The notes under the pieces were generated by a model. That model ran no database searches. It was not told the DNA's origin and saw nothing but the letters and a program-made list of their open reading frames with translations. The translations under genes were made by a program, and so were the position numbers. A stretch of DNA of 64,000 nucleotides, taken from positions 114,678-178,677 of the forward strand of contig NGFI01000005.1 in the NCBI GenBank assembly GCA_002215645.1, in the 5' to 3' direction. Source of the stretch: Gemmatimonadetes bacterium 2013_60CM_65_52. GTDB taxonomy: Bacteria; Gemmatimonadota; Gemmatimonadetes; Gemmatimonadales; Gemmatimonadaceae. Position 1 is the stretch's first letter, and each line of letters starts with the position of its first letter. Shown piece after piece: positions 39,499 to 49,691 of the stretch.

Positions 39499-39586
39499 AA
39501 CCACAGAGGACGCAGAGAGCACAGAGAACCGCATCTTTAGAAAGTCAATAAGAAAAGCCTCTGTGTACTCTGTGTTCTCTGTGGTT
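39499..39586. repeat. long imperfect inverted repeat (about 28-bp arms built from CACAGAG units) with an AT-rich 30-nt loop; candidate bidirectional terminator or REP/MITE-like element
   Basis: The left arm AACCACAGAGGACGCAGAGAGCACAGAG pairs with the right arm CTCTGTGTACTCTGTGTTCTCTGTGGTT. The outer 10 bp are perfect, and overall there is 1 mismatch and 3 G-U pairs. It lies between convergent genes. Confidence 0.6.
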
Positions 39587-39636
39587 GAGTAACTGTTCCG
39601 ATTTTGCGGCGTGAACGTGGACGTGCAGTCTGTGGT

Positions 39637-40953
39637 TCATTGACCTTGCTCTCTCGTGCGCGACGCGCGCCACGCTCGCGTCGGATCGTCATCGGGATCG
39701 GGCGTCTCCTGAGCCGGTCTAAGGTCCTCCGGCACGTGCCGCAGGTTGACGCGAATACGCGTCCACGTCGACGACCGGCCACGCATGGAGTCCACGAGCA
39801 CGTCATCGACGGCGAGATGCGACGCCGCCTCCGCATGGCGGAGCTTCCATCGCTCGAGTCCCTCCAGCGCCTTGGCCTTGTCCGGCGAGTTGGCGACGAC
39901 AATCAGCGGCATCTTCGCACGTGGTTTTCTCGGCGCAGGCGCGACTCGTTTGGCGCGGGACGGTGCGACGCGAGGCGCTTCACCCTCCGTCTTGCGATAG
40001 TGCGGCGGCCACGGTGCGTCGCCGAGCCCGGCTGCTTCGTCGCGCGCCGCGAGCTCCAGGAGCGGCTCCAGTGAGCCCGCGAAATCGTTCATCGCCGCAT
40101 GAGGATCACCGAGCTTGGCGAACCGTGCGGGCATCGTCGCCACAGTGAAGTCCGCCGGATCGCACGCCTCGACTTCGCTCCAATGCAACGGCGCGGACAC
40201 TCGCGCATCCGACAGTGGGCGCACCGAATACGCGGAACAGGTCGTGCGATCCTTCGCATTCTGGTTGTAGTCGAGAAAGACGCCGTGGCGCTCCTCCTTC
40301 CACCACTTCGACGTCGCCAGCGTGGGAGCGCGCCGTTCGATCTCGCGCGAGAAGGCAAGCGCCGCGCGCCGCACGTCCGCGAACGGCCACCGCTGTTCGA
40401 TGCGGACGTTGACGTGCATGCCGCGTGAGCCGCTCGTCTTGGGCCAGCCGCGCAGCCCAAGCTCACCGAGCACCGCGTTGGCCTCCATCGCGACGCGGCG
40501 CACGTCGCCCCAGGCGACACCTGGAATGGGATCGAGATCGATGCGCAACTCGTCAGGGTGATCGAGGTCCGCGGATCGTACCGCATGTGGATGCAGCTCG
40601 ATGCATCCGAGGTTCACGATCCACGCGAGACCGGCGGCGTCGTCAACGACGACCTCCTCCGCGGTACGGCCAGAGGGGAAGGACAGGGCGACCGTACGCA
40701 GCCAATCTGGCCGCTTGTCGGGCGCACGCTTCTGGTAGAATGGCTCGCCCTCCGCGCCGTGAACGAAGCGCTTCAGCACGAACGGGCGGTCGCGAATGCC
40801 TGCCAGCGCTCCCGGCGCGACAGATAGGTAGTAGCGAACGAGGTCCAGCTTCGAGAGCTTGGCCTGCCGCGAGAAGTAGAGCTTGTCCGGATGGGTGATC
40901 CGGACCTCGCGGCCCTCGACAACGAGCGTCTCCGCCGCTTCGTGTTTGGTCAT
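39637..40953 (-). CDS. stand-alone primase-polymerase (LigD polymerase-domain family, Prim-PolC-like) with C-terminal extension
   Basis: ATG at 40953 inside ORF 39637..41058. AEP-fold motifs: ITHPDKLYF, FYQKRAP, ELRIDLDP, KTSGSRGMHV. About 130 extra C-terminal residues contain ...LERWKLRHAEAASHLAVDDVLVDSMRGRSSTWTRIRVNL.... Confidence 0.85.
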   Translation of the reverse strand: MTKHEAAETLVVEGREVRITHPDKLYFSRQAKLSKLDLVRYYLSVAPGALAGIRDRPFVLKRFVHGAEGEPFYQKRAPDKRPDWLRTVALSFPSGRTAEEVVVDDAAGLAWIVNLGCIELHPHAVRSADLDHPDELRIDLDPIPGVAWGDVRRVAMEANAVLGELGLRGWPKTSGSRGMHVNVRIEQRWPFADVRRAALAFSREIERRAPTLATSKWWKEERHGVFLDYNQNAKDRTTCSAYSVRPLSDARVSAPLHWSEVEACDPADFTVATMPARFAKLGDPHAAMNDFAGSLEPLLELAARDEAAGLGDAPWPPHYRKTEGEAPRVAPSRAKRVAPAPRKPRAKMPLIVVANSPDKAKALEGLERWKLRHAEAASHLAVDDVLVDSMRGRSSTWTRIRVNLRHVPEDLRPAQETPDPDDDPTRAWRASRTREQGQ

Positions 40954-41060
40954 CGGCGCCGCGATATTGGAAACGGAATCGGCATGGGCGAAACGAAGCA
41001 TGGCGTGCCGCGTACTCGCAATGCATGGCCTGTCATATGACGGCCGGCGCCACGCCACTC

Positions 41061-41603
41061 ATGAACGCACACGATACGCCCGGAGACGCGCTGGTGGATC
41101 ACGCCCGCCTTGCACACGAGTTGGAGGCGCTCCATCCGCACTGCTTCGGCTGGGCGATGGCGTGCTGCGAGCGGCAGCGTGACGTGGCCGAAGATGTTCT
41201 GCATGACGTGTACGTGAAGGTCCTGGAGGGAAGCGCGCGCTTCGATGGACGTTCCACCCTGAAGACGTGGCTGTTCGGCGTGATCCGACGAACGGCGTCT
41301 TCCCATGGCAGGCGCGAGCGGCTTCGAGCAGTGCTGGGAATGCGAGAGGTGTCGCGCACGGATCGCCCGCCTGCGGCGTCGCCGGCAGACGAGGCCGAGC
41401 GAGGTGATAGGGTGGCACGGACGCGTCATGCGCTCACACGACTGTCGGCGCGGCAGCGGCAGGTATTGGAGCTGGTGTTCTATCACGACCTCACCATAGA
41501 GGAAGCGGCGGCAATCATGAACGTCTCGGTCGGCTCCGCGCGGGTGCACTACCATCGGGCCAAGGCCCGAATGGCGACGCTGCTTTTCGGGGACCGCCCA
41601 TGA
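41061..41603 (+). CDS. ECF-type RNA polymerase sigma factor
   Basis: Region 2 is AEDVLHDVYVKVLEG...LKTWLFGVIRR. Region 4 HTH is LSARQRQVLELVFYHDLTIEEAAAIMNVSVGSARVHYHRAKARM. The ATG lies at 41061 inside ORF 41025..41603. Confidence 0.85.
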   Translation: MNAHDTPGDALVDHARLAHELEALHPHCFGWAMACCERQRDVAEDVLHDVYVKVLEGSARFDGRSTLKTWLFGVIRRTASSHGRRERLRAVLGMREVSRTDRPPAASPADEAERGDRVARTRHALTRLSARQRQVLELVFYHDLTIEEAAAIMNVSVGSARVHYHRAKARMATLLFGDRP

Positions 41604-41965
41604 CCGATCCGGAGCGCGAGCACCTGCTCATGCGGGCGGCCTTCGAGCAACTGAAGTCGGAGGACGCGCGCGAGCTGCCTCCATTTTCCGACGTGCTCGA
41701 GCGGCGCGCGCCGCCCGCCAGGCTGACATTTGGGTCGCCGTTGCTTCGCATTGCGGCGGCCGGAGTTGTGCTCGCGGCATCTGTTGCCACGTACCGCGCG
41801 GTCGTCGCGCGCGAAGGCAGGCTCGAGGTGCCGAGTGATGTCGTTTCGCTCGGCGCATGGCGGCCGGTCACCGATGGACTGCTGCCGCAGACCACCCTCA
41901 TCAGCGCCACGCCCGGACTTGGCGCTTCGATGCTCGATTCACTCACCACGGGAGCACTTCCATGA
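41600..41965 (+). CDS. putative anti-sigma factor (single-pass membrane protein)
   Basis: It has an ATGA overlap with the sigma gene. Size 121 aa with one central TM (LLRIAAAGVVLAASVATY). The assignment is by position only. Confidence 0.45.
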   Translation: MTDPEREHLLMRAAFEQLKSEDARELPPFSDVLERRAPPARLTFGSPLLRIAAAGVVLAASVATYRAVVAREGRLEVPSDVVSLGAWRPVTDGLLPQTTLISATPGLGASMLDSLTTGALP

Positions 41966-42435
41966 GACGCACCTCACTGCTCGTCACGGCGTTGGTTGTC
42001 ATGTCCGCGATTTCTGGCGCCGCCCCAACTGCCGCGGCGCAGAAGCCGCCCACTGCGGGAGAGGAGCGGGGCGGCCCCGAGCAACCGCCAAAGGACCCGT
42101 TTGCCCGCTTGCTGTTTCCGCCCGAGCTGATCATGCAGCATCAGAGCGAGCTCGGACTGACCGATGCGCAACGCTCGACGCTCATGACGGCCGTGCAGCA
42201 GGCGCAGGGAAAGTTTGTCGAGACGCAGTTCAAGCTGGCCGGGGAAGGGGAGAAGCTGGCGCGGCTCCTTCAGGCGTCGAGCATCGACGAGTCTCAGGCC
42301 CTGGAACAGGTGGATCGTGTTCTGTCCGCGGAGCGGGAGCTCAAGCGTGCCCAGGTTGGACTCCTCGTCCGCCTCAAGAATGCGCTGACGACGCAGCAGC
42401 AAGCGAAGCTGATGCAGCTGCGGCAGAAGGAGTAG
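41962..42435 (+). CDS. periplasmic Spy/CpxP-family (LTXXQ) protein
   Basis: It has an ATGA overlap with the upstream gene. Signal MRRTSLLVTALVVMSAISGAAPTAAAQ. There are two LTxxQ motifs (LTDAQ, LTTQQ) in a helical protein. Confidence 0.7.
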   Translation: MRRTSLLVTALVVMSAISGAAPTAAAQKPPTAGEERGGPEQPPKDPFARLLFPPELIMQHQSELGLTDAQRSTLMTAVQQAQGKFVETQFKLAGEGEKLARLLQASSIDESQALEQVDRVLSAERELKRAQVGLLVRLKNALTTQQQAKLMQLRQKE

Positions 42436-42576
42436 GCCGCCGAGCGAGATGCAACGTGCTGCTTGACGTGCGGCCTCACACTCATCAAATGTGCAGCCTG
42501 CACGTTCACACCCGCCGGCCCGATGTTCATGGGCCGGCCTCCCAGGTGCGGACGTACTCCACATCGGGGAGCGTGA

Positions 42577-45500
42577 ATGCCCAGGTTCGGCCCGCGGACG
42601 ATTGCTCTACTGCTCGGCGCCACCGTTGTCGTGGCGATCATCGGCTGTCGAAAGAAGGCAGTGCCGATGGAGGTCCTCTTCACCACGCGCACGCAGGCGA
42701 TGTACAGCCTTCAGCGTGGCCAGCTCGCGGAGGCGGAGACCCTCTTCAAGAAACTCGTCGACCAGGCACCCGACGACCCGCTCGGCTACGCGAACCTCGG
42801 GCTCACGTACCTTCAGCAGGGGCGCTACGCCGAGGCCGACAAACAACTGAGCCGCGCGCGAAAGCTCGATCCGGCCAACGCGGACATCGCGTTGATGCAT
42901 GCGAAGCTGTTTGCCCTGTCAGGTCGCCGCGACGACGCCCGCACACTCCTCGAGACCGTTTACAGGGGTGATCCGCACAGTCTTCACGCTCTCTACGCGC
43001 TCGCCGAGCTCGATGCGCAGGAGAAGGACGGTGCGGCGCTCGCGCGACGCGAGCAGCGACTGAAGGCGATTCTCGGGCTGGCGCCAGCGAACATTGTCGC
43101 TCGGCTGGACTTGATGGACATCGCCTCCGGGCGCGGACAGGCCGACAGTGCAGTGCGACATCTCGAGGAAGTACGACGCATACCTCCCGAGCCGCCCAAG
43201 GAGGCACTCCAGGAGATCGACCGATCCATCCAGCTCCTGCGCACCGGGAGCGTTGCCGGCGCGAAGCCATCGCTCGATCGCGTCCGACGCGCGATGGAGC
43301 TGACCAAACCATATCAGGCGTCGTTGGACGACGTGAAGTGGATCGAAGGACCGATCAGTGGCACGCCGCTCCTCACGTTCGTTCCGTCGTACTTCGTTTC
43401 GACGCACGGCAAAGGTGGAAGAGCCGTCGATTCGGTCCGCTTTCGCGACGTCACCGACGACTCGGGTTTACTCACCGCACTCGGCACTGTGGCCGGGGCC
43501 GGCACACCGACCGCTGTCGCGATCGCCACAGGCGACGTCGACGGCGACGGGCGCGACGAGCTGTTCATCTCCTACGGCGCTGCGGGACGCAGCGGCGCGG
43601 TTACACGGCTGCTTCAGATGCAGGGCGGGTTTGTTCACGATATCACGGCTCGTTCCGGTATCTCTCTGCCCACCGGGGCATCGTTCGCGACGTTTTCCGA
43701 CGTTGACAACGATGGCTGGCTCGACCTCTTCGCCATCGGCGGCGACGGACGCGGCCATCTGCTCCACAATCGGGGCAACGGAACGTTCGAGGACGTGACA
43801 GCGAAAGCAGGTGTCGGCGACGTAAAGGGCGCGACGAAGGCGCTGTTTATCGATCTGGACCACGACGGCGATCTCGATCTCGTGCTCGTCGGCAATGGGC
43901 AGCTTCTGGTGTACCGCAACAACCTCGACGGCACGTTTACGGAGGCGACGGCCGCCTTCGGCCTCGCCGACCTGGCAGGCGGTGCGCGCGACGCGGCATT
44001 CGGCGACTTCGATGGAGATGGGCGCATCGACCTGCTCGTCGCGAAGGCCGCAGGGGGGCTTGCCCTCTACCACAACGGCGGCGCACAGCGCTTCAGCGAC
44101 GTGACCGCCGCGAGCGGGCTCGCTAGCGCCGGAGTGATCGCAGGCGCCGTAGCGATCGCTGATTACGACAACGACGGCTCTCTCGACATCCTCGCCGTGA
44201 GCATGAACGGAGGAGAGCCGGCACTCTGGCACAACAAGGGGGACGGCACGTTCACGCTCGATCGTGCAGCTGGCGTGTCACTTCGGGCGCTCCGAGGCGT
44301 ATCGGCACGCGCCGCCGAGTTTGTGGACTATGACAATGATGGCCGCCTCGACGTCCTCGTGGTGGGCACGCCCGCGATCGCGACGGGGCAGGGCGTCGTC
44401 CTCATGCACAATGAGGGCAACGGCCAATTCACCGACCGGTCCGGCAGGCTTCCCGCGTCCGTCAAATCGGGAACTGCAATAGCCGCTACCGATTTCGATG
44501 GCGACGGCGACGAAGACCTCATCGTCGCGGCGACCGGTGCGGGCGTGCACTTGCTGCGAAACGACGGCGGCAACACCAGCATGGCCGTGCGCGTGCAGCT
44601 CAAAGGCTTGCGAACGGGCAGTGGAAAGAACAACGATTTCGGCATCGGCGCGCGGCTGGAGCTGCGCACGGGCGACATGGTACAAACGCGTGTGGTTACC
44701 GGCCGCGTGACACACTTCGGTCTCGGTCCGCATCTCAAGGCCGACGTTCTGCGCGTGGATTGGCCCAACGGCGTGCCGCAGACCGTGTACTTCCCAGGGT
44801 CTGACCAGGATGTCGTCGAGCGCGAGATGCTCAAGGGCTCATGCGCGTTCGCATACACATGGGATGGCACCGGCTTCCGCTTCGTGACGGACGTCATGTG
44901 GCGTAGCGCCCTTGGAATGCCACTCGGCCTCATGGGTGGCACAAGCGCGTTCGCTCCCGCCGGAGCCTCGCAGGAATATCTGCGCATTCCCGGTGACGCG
45001 CTGAAGCCGAAGGACGGACGTTACGTCATTCAGTTCACGGAAGAGCTGTGGGAGACCGCATATGCCGATGAGATCAAGCTCATCGCCGTGGACCATCCCG
45101 ATTCGGTGGATGTCTTCGTGGACGAGCGTTTCGTGCCGCCAGGCCCGGTTGCGCTCAAGCTCTTTCAGGTCGGCCGTCAATATCTGCCGCGATCCGCGAC
45201 AGACGAGCGGGGCAACGACGTCCTGCCCGCACTGCGCGCGAGCGACGATGTCTTCGTCTCGAACCTCACACCGACCCGCTATCAGGGCGTCGTCGAGCCC
45301 CACGACCTCGTGCTCGACCTCGGCGACGAAGCCGGACTCCCGGGGAGCCGTCTCTTCCTTCGCGGATGGATCTACCCGACCGACGCGAGCATCAACGTGG
45401 CCCTTTCCCAACAGAAGGACGTGAAGGTGAGCGCGCCGTCGCTCGAGGTGCGCGATACCCAGGGTCGTTGGACCACCGCCTACGCCAACCTCAGCTTCCC

Positions 45501-46113
45501 CTCCGGCAAGGACAAGACGATGGTGATCGACCTCGCCGGAAAGTTTCCGACGAAGGACCATCATGTGCGTATCCGGACGAACATGCAGATCTACTGGGAT
45601 CAGGCCTTCGTGGCGGCGGACGATCCGTCGAGCCCGGTCAAGCTGACGACCCTCGCTCCGGTAAAGGCCGATCTGCATTTCCGCGGATATTCGCGCATGT
45701 ATCGCAAGGGCGGACGCTACGGGCCGTACTGGTTCGCGTACGATGACGTGAGCCGTTCCTCGCCCTGGCGGCCGATCGCGGGTTCGTTCACCAGATTCGG
45801 TGACGTGCTGCCGCTGCTCGGAAAAGCCGATGACATGTACGTCATCATGGCTCCGGGCGATGAGGCCACCGTGCAGTTCGACGCCGGCTCCGCGGCCACG
45901 CTTCCGCCGGGCTGGAAGCGCGACTTCCTCCTTTACACCGACGGGTGGATCAAGGACTCAGACCTCAACACCGCATTCGGCACGACCGTGGGCCCACTTC
46001 CATTTCACCGCATCAAGTCATACCCGAGTGCGCCCGGCGATAGGTATCCGTCGGATGCCGCGCACCAACGGTACCTGCGAGCGTACGATACGCGAATAGT
46101 CACTCGGCGCTGA
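42577..46113 (+). CDS. TPR + FG-GAP/VCBS repeat + ASPIC/UnbV lipoprotein (CRTAC1 family), 1178 aa
   Basis: Lipoprotein signal ...VVAIIGCRKK and N-terminal TPRs. FG-GAP repeats recur (GDVDGDGRDELF, SDVDNDGWLDLF, DLDHDGDLDL, GDFDGDGRIDLL, DYDNDGSLDIL, TDFDGDGDEDL). The UnbV_ASPIC segment is NNDFGIGARLELRTGD...HFGLGPHLKADVLRVDWPNG. Confidence 0.85.
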   Translation: MPRFGPRTIALLLGATVVVAIIGCRKKAVPMEVLFTTRTQAMYSLQRGQLAEAETLFKKLVDQAPDDPLGYANLGLTYLQQGRYAEADKQLSRARKLDPANADIALMHAKLFALSGRRDDARTLLETVYRGDPHSLHALYALAELDAQEKDGAALARREQRLKAILGLAPANIVARLDLMDIASGRGQADSAVRHLEEVRRIPPEPPKEALQEIDRSIQLLRTGSVAGAKPSLDRVRRAMELTKPYQASLDDVKWIEGPISGTPLLTFVPSYFVSTHGKGGRAVDSVRFRDVTDDSGLLTALGTVAGAGTPTAVAIATGDVDGDGRDELFISYGAAGRSGAVTRLLQMQGGFVHDITARSGISLPTGASFATFSDVDNDGWLDLFAIGGDGRGHLLHNRGNGTFEDVTAKAGVGDVKGATKALFIDLDHDGDLDLVLVGNGQLLVYRNNLDGTFTEATAAFGLADLAGGARDAAFGDFDGDGRIDLLVAKAAGGLALYHNGGAQRFSDVTAASGLASAGVIAGAVAIADYDNDGSLDILAVSMNGGEPALWHNKGDGTFTLDRAAGVSLRALRGVSARAAEFVDYDNDGRLDVLVVGTPAIATGQGVVLMHNEGNGQFTDRSGRLPASVKSGTAIAATDFDGDGDEDLIVAATGAGVHLLRNDGGNTSMAVRVQLKGLRTGSGKNNDFGIGARLELRTGDMVQTRVVTGRVTHFGLGPHLKADVLRVDWPNGVPQTVYFPGSDQDVVEREMLKGSCAFAYTWDGTGFRFVTDVMWRSALGMPLGLMGGTSAFAPAGASQEYLRIPGDALKPKDGRYVIQFTEELWETAYADEIKLIAVDHPDSVDVFVDERFVPPGPVALKLFQVGRQYLPRSATDERGNDVLPALRASDDVFVSNLTPTRYQGVVEPHDLVLDLGDEAGLPGSRLFLRGWIYPTDASINVALSQQKDVKVSAPSLEVRDTQGRWTTAYANLSFPSGKDKTMVIDLAGKFPTKDHHVRIRTNMQIYWDQAFVAADDPSSPVKLTTLAPVKADLHFRGYSRMYRKGGRYGPYWFAYDDVSRSSPWRPIAGSFTRFGDVLPLLGKADDMYVIMAPGDEATVQFDAGSAATLPPGWKRDFLLYTDGWIKDSDLNTAFGTTVGPLPFHRIKSYPSAPGDRYPSDAAHQRYLRAYDTRIVTRR

Positions 46114-46149
46114 CTGTCGCGGATTCGGCCGAACACGTATCGTCTCCAT

Positions 46150-47906
46150 ATGCCTCTTCGTCCCGCCGTTCGGCGTGCGATCATCGCCGTGCCGTTCTTC
46201 GCGGCCATCGGCCTCGCGGTCCATCTGGATCACCAACCGCTCGGCGCCGTCACGGATCCGGGGCACCCCGGGTTCGCGTTGCATGATGCGACCGCCGCGG
46301 CGGGACTCCACTTCGTACATCACCGTGCGAGGTTCGACGCCAGGCTCGCCAACATCGAGCCCCACGTCGCCGCCCTTGGCGCGTCGGTCTCGGTCGTGGA
46401 CTTCGATGGCGACGGGTGGCCCGATCTCTATTTCACCAACAGCCGCTTTGGTGAGCCGAACGCGCTCTATCGAAATCGTGGCGACGGTACGTTCGAGGAC
46501 GTTGCCGCCAGCGCGGGCCTGGCCGACCTCAATCGTCCCGGCGAAGGCGTCTCGATGGGCGCCGTGTGGGGCGACTTCGACAACGATGGCCACGAGGACG
46601 TGCTCGTCTATCGGTATGGCTACCTGTCCCTCTTCAGAAACGTGGATGGCCATCATTTCGAGGACGTCACCGAGAAGGCCGGGCTCAAGCGCTGGATGAA
46701 CAGCAACGGCGCGATCTGGATCGACTACGATCGCGACGGCCTGCTCGATCTCTACGTCACCGGATATTTCCGCAGTGACATCGACCTGTGGCACGTCGCG
46801 ACGACGAAGATCATGCACGACAGCTTCGAGTTTGCGACGAATGGCGGAAAGAACCTGCTCTTCCACAATCTGGGGAACGGCAGGTTCGAGGACGTCACCG
46901 ACAAGATGGGCGTCGGCAGCACGCGCTGGACGCTGGCTGCGGCATCGGCCGACTTCAACGGCGACGGCTGGCCCGACATCTACCTCGCCAACGACTACGG
47001 CCCCGAGGAGCTCTACCTCAACGATCACGGCCGACGCTTCGTCCTGAGCTCCGCCGGCCTCGAGAGCGAATCGAAGAGCGGCATGTCGGTCGCGCTCGGC
47101 GACGCGTTCAACCGCGGCACGTTGGACGCGTTCGTCACCAACATCTCGGAGCGCGGTTACATCTTTCAGAACAACAACCTGCGTCTCAACCAGATGCTCG
47201 AGACGGGGCGCTTTCGCAACGTTGCGGAGGGTGCTGTCGCCGATGCCGGTTGGGCGTGGGGCGCGCAGTTCGGTGATCTCAACAATGACGGATCGAATCA
47301 GCTGTTCGTCGCCAACGGCTTCATCTCCGCCGACCCCAACGTGAACTATTGGTACGCGATGTCGAAGATCGCGGGCGCCAATGGGCGGCTGTTCGAGGAT
47401 GCATCGAGCTGGCCCGCGTTCGGTAACGCCAGTCTCTCCGGATATGAGCACGCCCGTGTCTACATGAATCGTGGTCTCGCCGGCTGGGTGGACGTCGCGC
47501 AGAGAGTCGGTGTCACCAACTCCTACGACGGACGCGCCGTCGCGCTCGCCGACCTGTCGAACCGTGGAGCCGTGGACGTGATAGTGGCGAACCAGAATCA
47601 GCCTGCGGTGCTGTACCGCAACCATCCGGACACTGCGAATCATTGGATCGGCCTCAAGCTCGTCGGTACGCGGAGCAACCGAAGCGCCATCGGGGCCGAG
47701 GTGGTCATCGAAGCGAGCGGCATGACGCAGCGGCGGATCGTTGACGGCGGAATGGGCTTCGCGAGCCAGAACGATCGGCGGCTCCATTTCGGCGTCGGTC
47801 GGCGCGATTGGGTCGACCGCGTGGTCATCCACTGGCCGTCAGGCACGCAGCAAACGCTGCAGCATTTGGCCGTGGATCAGATTCTCACCGTCACGGAACC
47901 GGGCCG

Positions 47907-47910
<4 letters not shown>
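46150..47910 (+). CDS. CRTAC1-family protein (FG-GAP repeats + ASPIC/UnbV)
   Basis: FG-GAP repeats are VDFDGDGWPDLYF, GDFDNDGHEDVL, IDYDRDGLLDLY, ADFNGDGWPDIY and GDLNNDGSNQLF. The C-terminal segment is SNRSAIGAEVVIEASG...LHFGVGRRDWVDRVVIHWPSG. Confidence 0.88.
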
Positions 47911-48765
<855 letters not shown>

Positions 48766-48785
<20 letters not shown>

Positions 48786-49344
48786 AGAGGCGTCTGCCTG
48801 CCTTCGGGTAGTAGCTCTCGTCGGGCAGCTCCCAGCCCAGGGTGTCAGCTAATCGATCGTAGGTATTGAAGAGGAAGGCGACGTAGAACGCGTCGCGAAT
48901 CGCTTCGCGTGTCGCCCCAGCGTCGAGCACCCGCCGAACGCCGCTCGGACCGAGCTGGTCGGGCTGCAACGTGAAGATCTCGAGGAGCCCGAGCATGGCA
49001 CGCAGCTTCTCGTCGATCGGAGCCGTCCGGTAGTCGTTCAGGATCGGCGTCATGATGCCTTGGCCCAGCGCCGTCTCCGCGACCGCGGAGTGAGCACTGG
49101 TTCAGAAGACGCATTGGTTGAGGCGCGACACGAACGCGGCGAAGATCTCGCGCTCGCCCACCGTCCACGGCGACGGTCCACGCATGACCCGCTGTGTCAG
49201 ACCGCTCCACGGGTCGCCGAAGAACTTCTTGCGGTACTTGAGCGTACGGATGACGCCGGGGGCGTGGCCTGCGACCAGTCGAATGATGCGGAGCATCACC
49301 GTGTCGAGAAGTCCGTGGCCCGAGTGAACTCTGTGAAGTCTCAT
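48766..49344 (-). CDS. carboxymuconolactone decarboxylase (AhpD-like) family protein with in-frame TGA at the CxxC position; candidate selenoprotein (CxxU)
   Basis: Track ORFs 49102..49344 and 48766..49053 are in the same frame and separated only by the TGA at 49102-49104 and 16 sense codons. Read-through gives ...SRLNQCVF-U-TSAHSAVAETALGQGIMTPILNDY.... A SECIS-like hairpin follows the TGA. Confidence 0.7.
49065..49100 (-). promoter_or_regulatory. SECIS-like RNA stem-loop immediately 3' of the in-frame UGA
   Basis: On the mRNA strand: UGA-A-[CCAGUGCU]-CA-[CUCCGC]-GGUC-[GCGGAG]-AC-[GGCGCUGG]. This is an 8-bp lower helix with two G-U pairs, a 2x2 internal loop, a 6-bp upper helix and a GGUC apical loop. 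Confidence 0.6.
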
Positions 49345-49640
49345 GCCTGACCGAGGGCGGCGAGCCCGGCGAGGAGTCGCTTTCTCGAGGCTCCAAGCGC
49401 GGCGCTGACGATGATCTCGAACATCCGGTCGTCGCCATACGTCGCCTGGAGAACGGCGATGTCCTCGTCGGTGACCTTGTAGGCGTGGCGATGAATCTTG
49501 TCGATGAGGGATTCGAGGTCGCTGGGCGCGCCTGTTCCCTCGGCGGCGGCGTTCCGTACGGCGGGATCGCTCTCACCTGGGCCGTCGAAGACAGTCCGGA
49601 AAACTGCGTCGCGGTCCTCTGCATAGGGGTCGCTCGTCAT
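49341..49640 (-). CDS. small AhpD/CMD-fold-like protein without CxxC
   Basis: The stop overlaps the downstream start (ATGA at 49341-49344). ...DLESLIDKIHRHAYKVTDEDIAVLQATYGDDRMFEIIVSAALGAS... resembles the helical CMD-family C-terminal region. I chose the ATG at 49640; the alternative is a TTG at 49676. Confidence 0.5.
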   Translation of the reverse strand: MTSDPYAEDRDAVFRTVFDGPGESDPAVRNAAAEGTGAPSDLESLIDKIHRHAYKVTDEDIAVLQATYGDDRMFEIIVSAALGASRKRLLAGLAALGQA

Positions 49641-49691
49641 GCGCGGAATGTGAGGCCGCGGAGAGTCGTCGTGCAAGGCAGTTGGTTCGTG

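Noticed and set aside
38336-40953. Annotation of the ligase/polymerase pair as a split LigD NHEJ system.
   Set aside because: No Ku gene and no phosphoesterase domain are in the window. The ligase size and architecture fit LigC better. I therefore described the pair as LigC/Prim-PolC-like, pending phylogeny.
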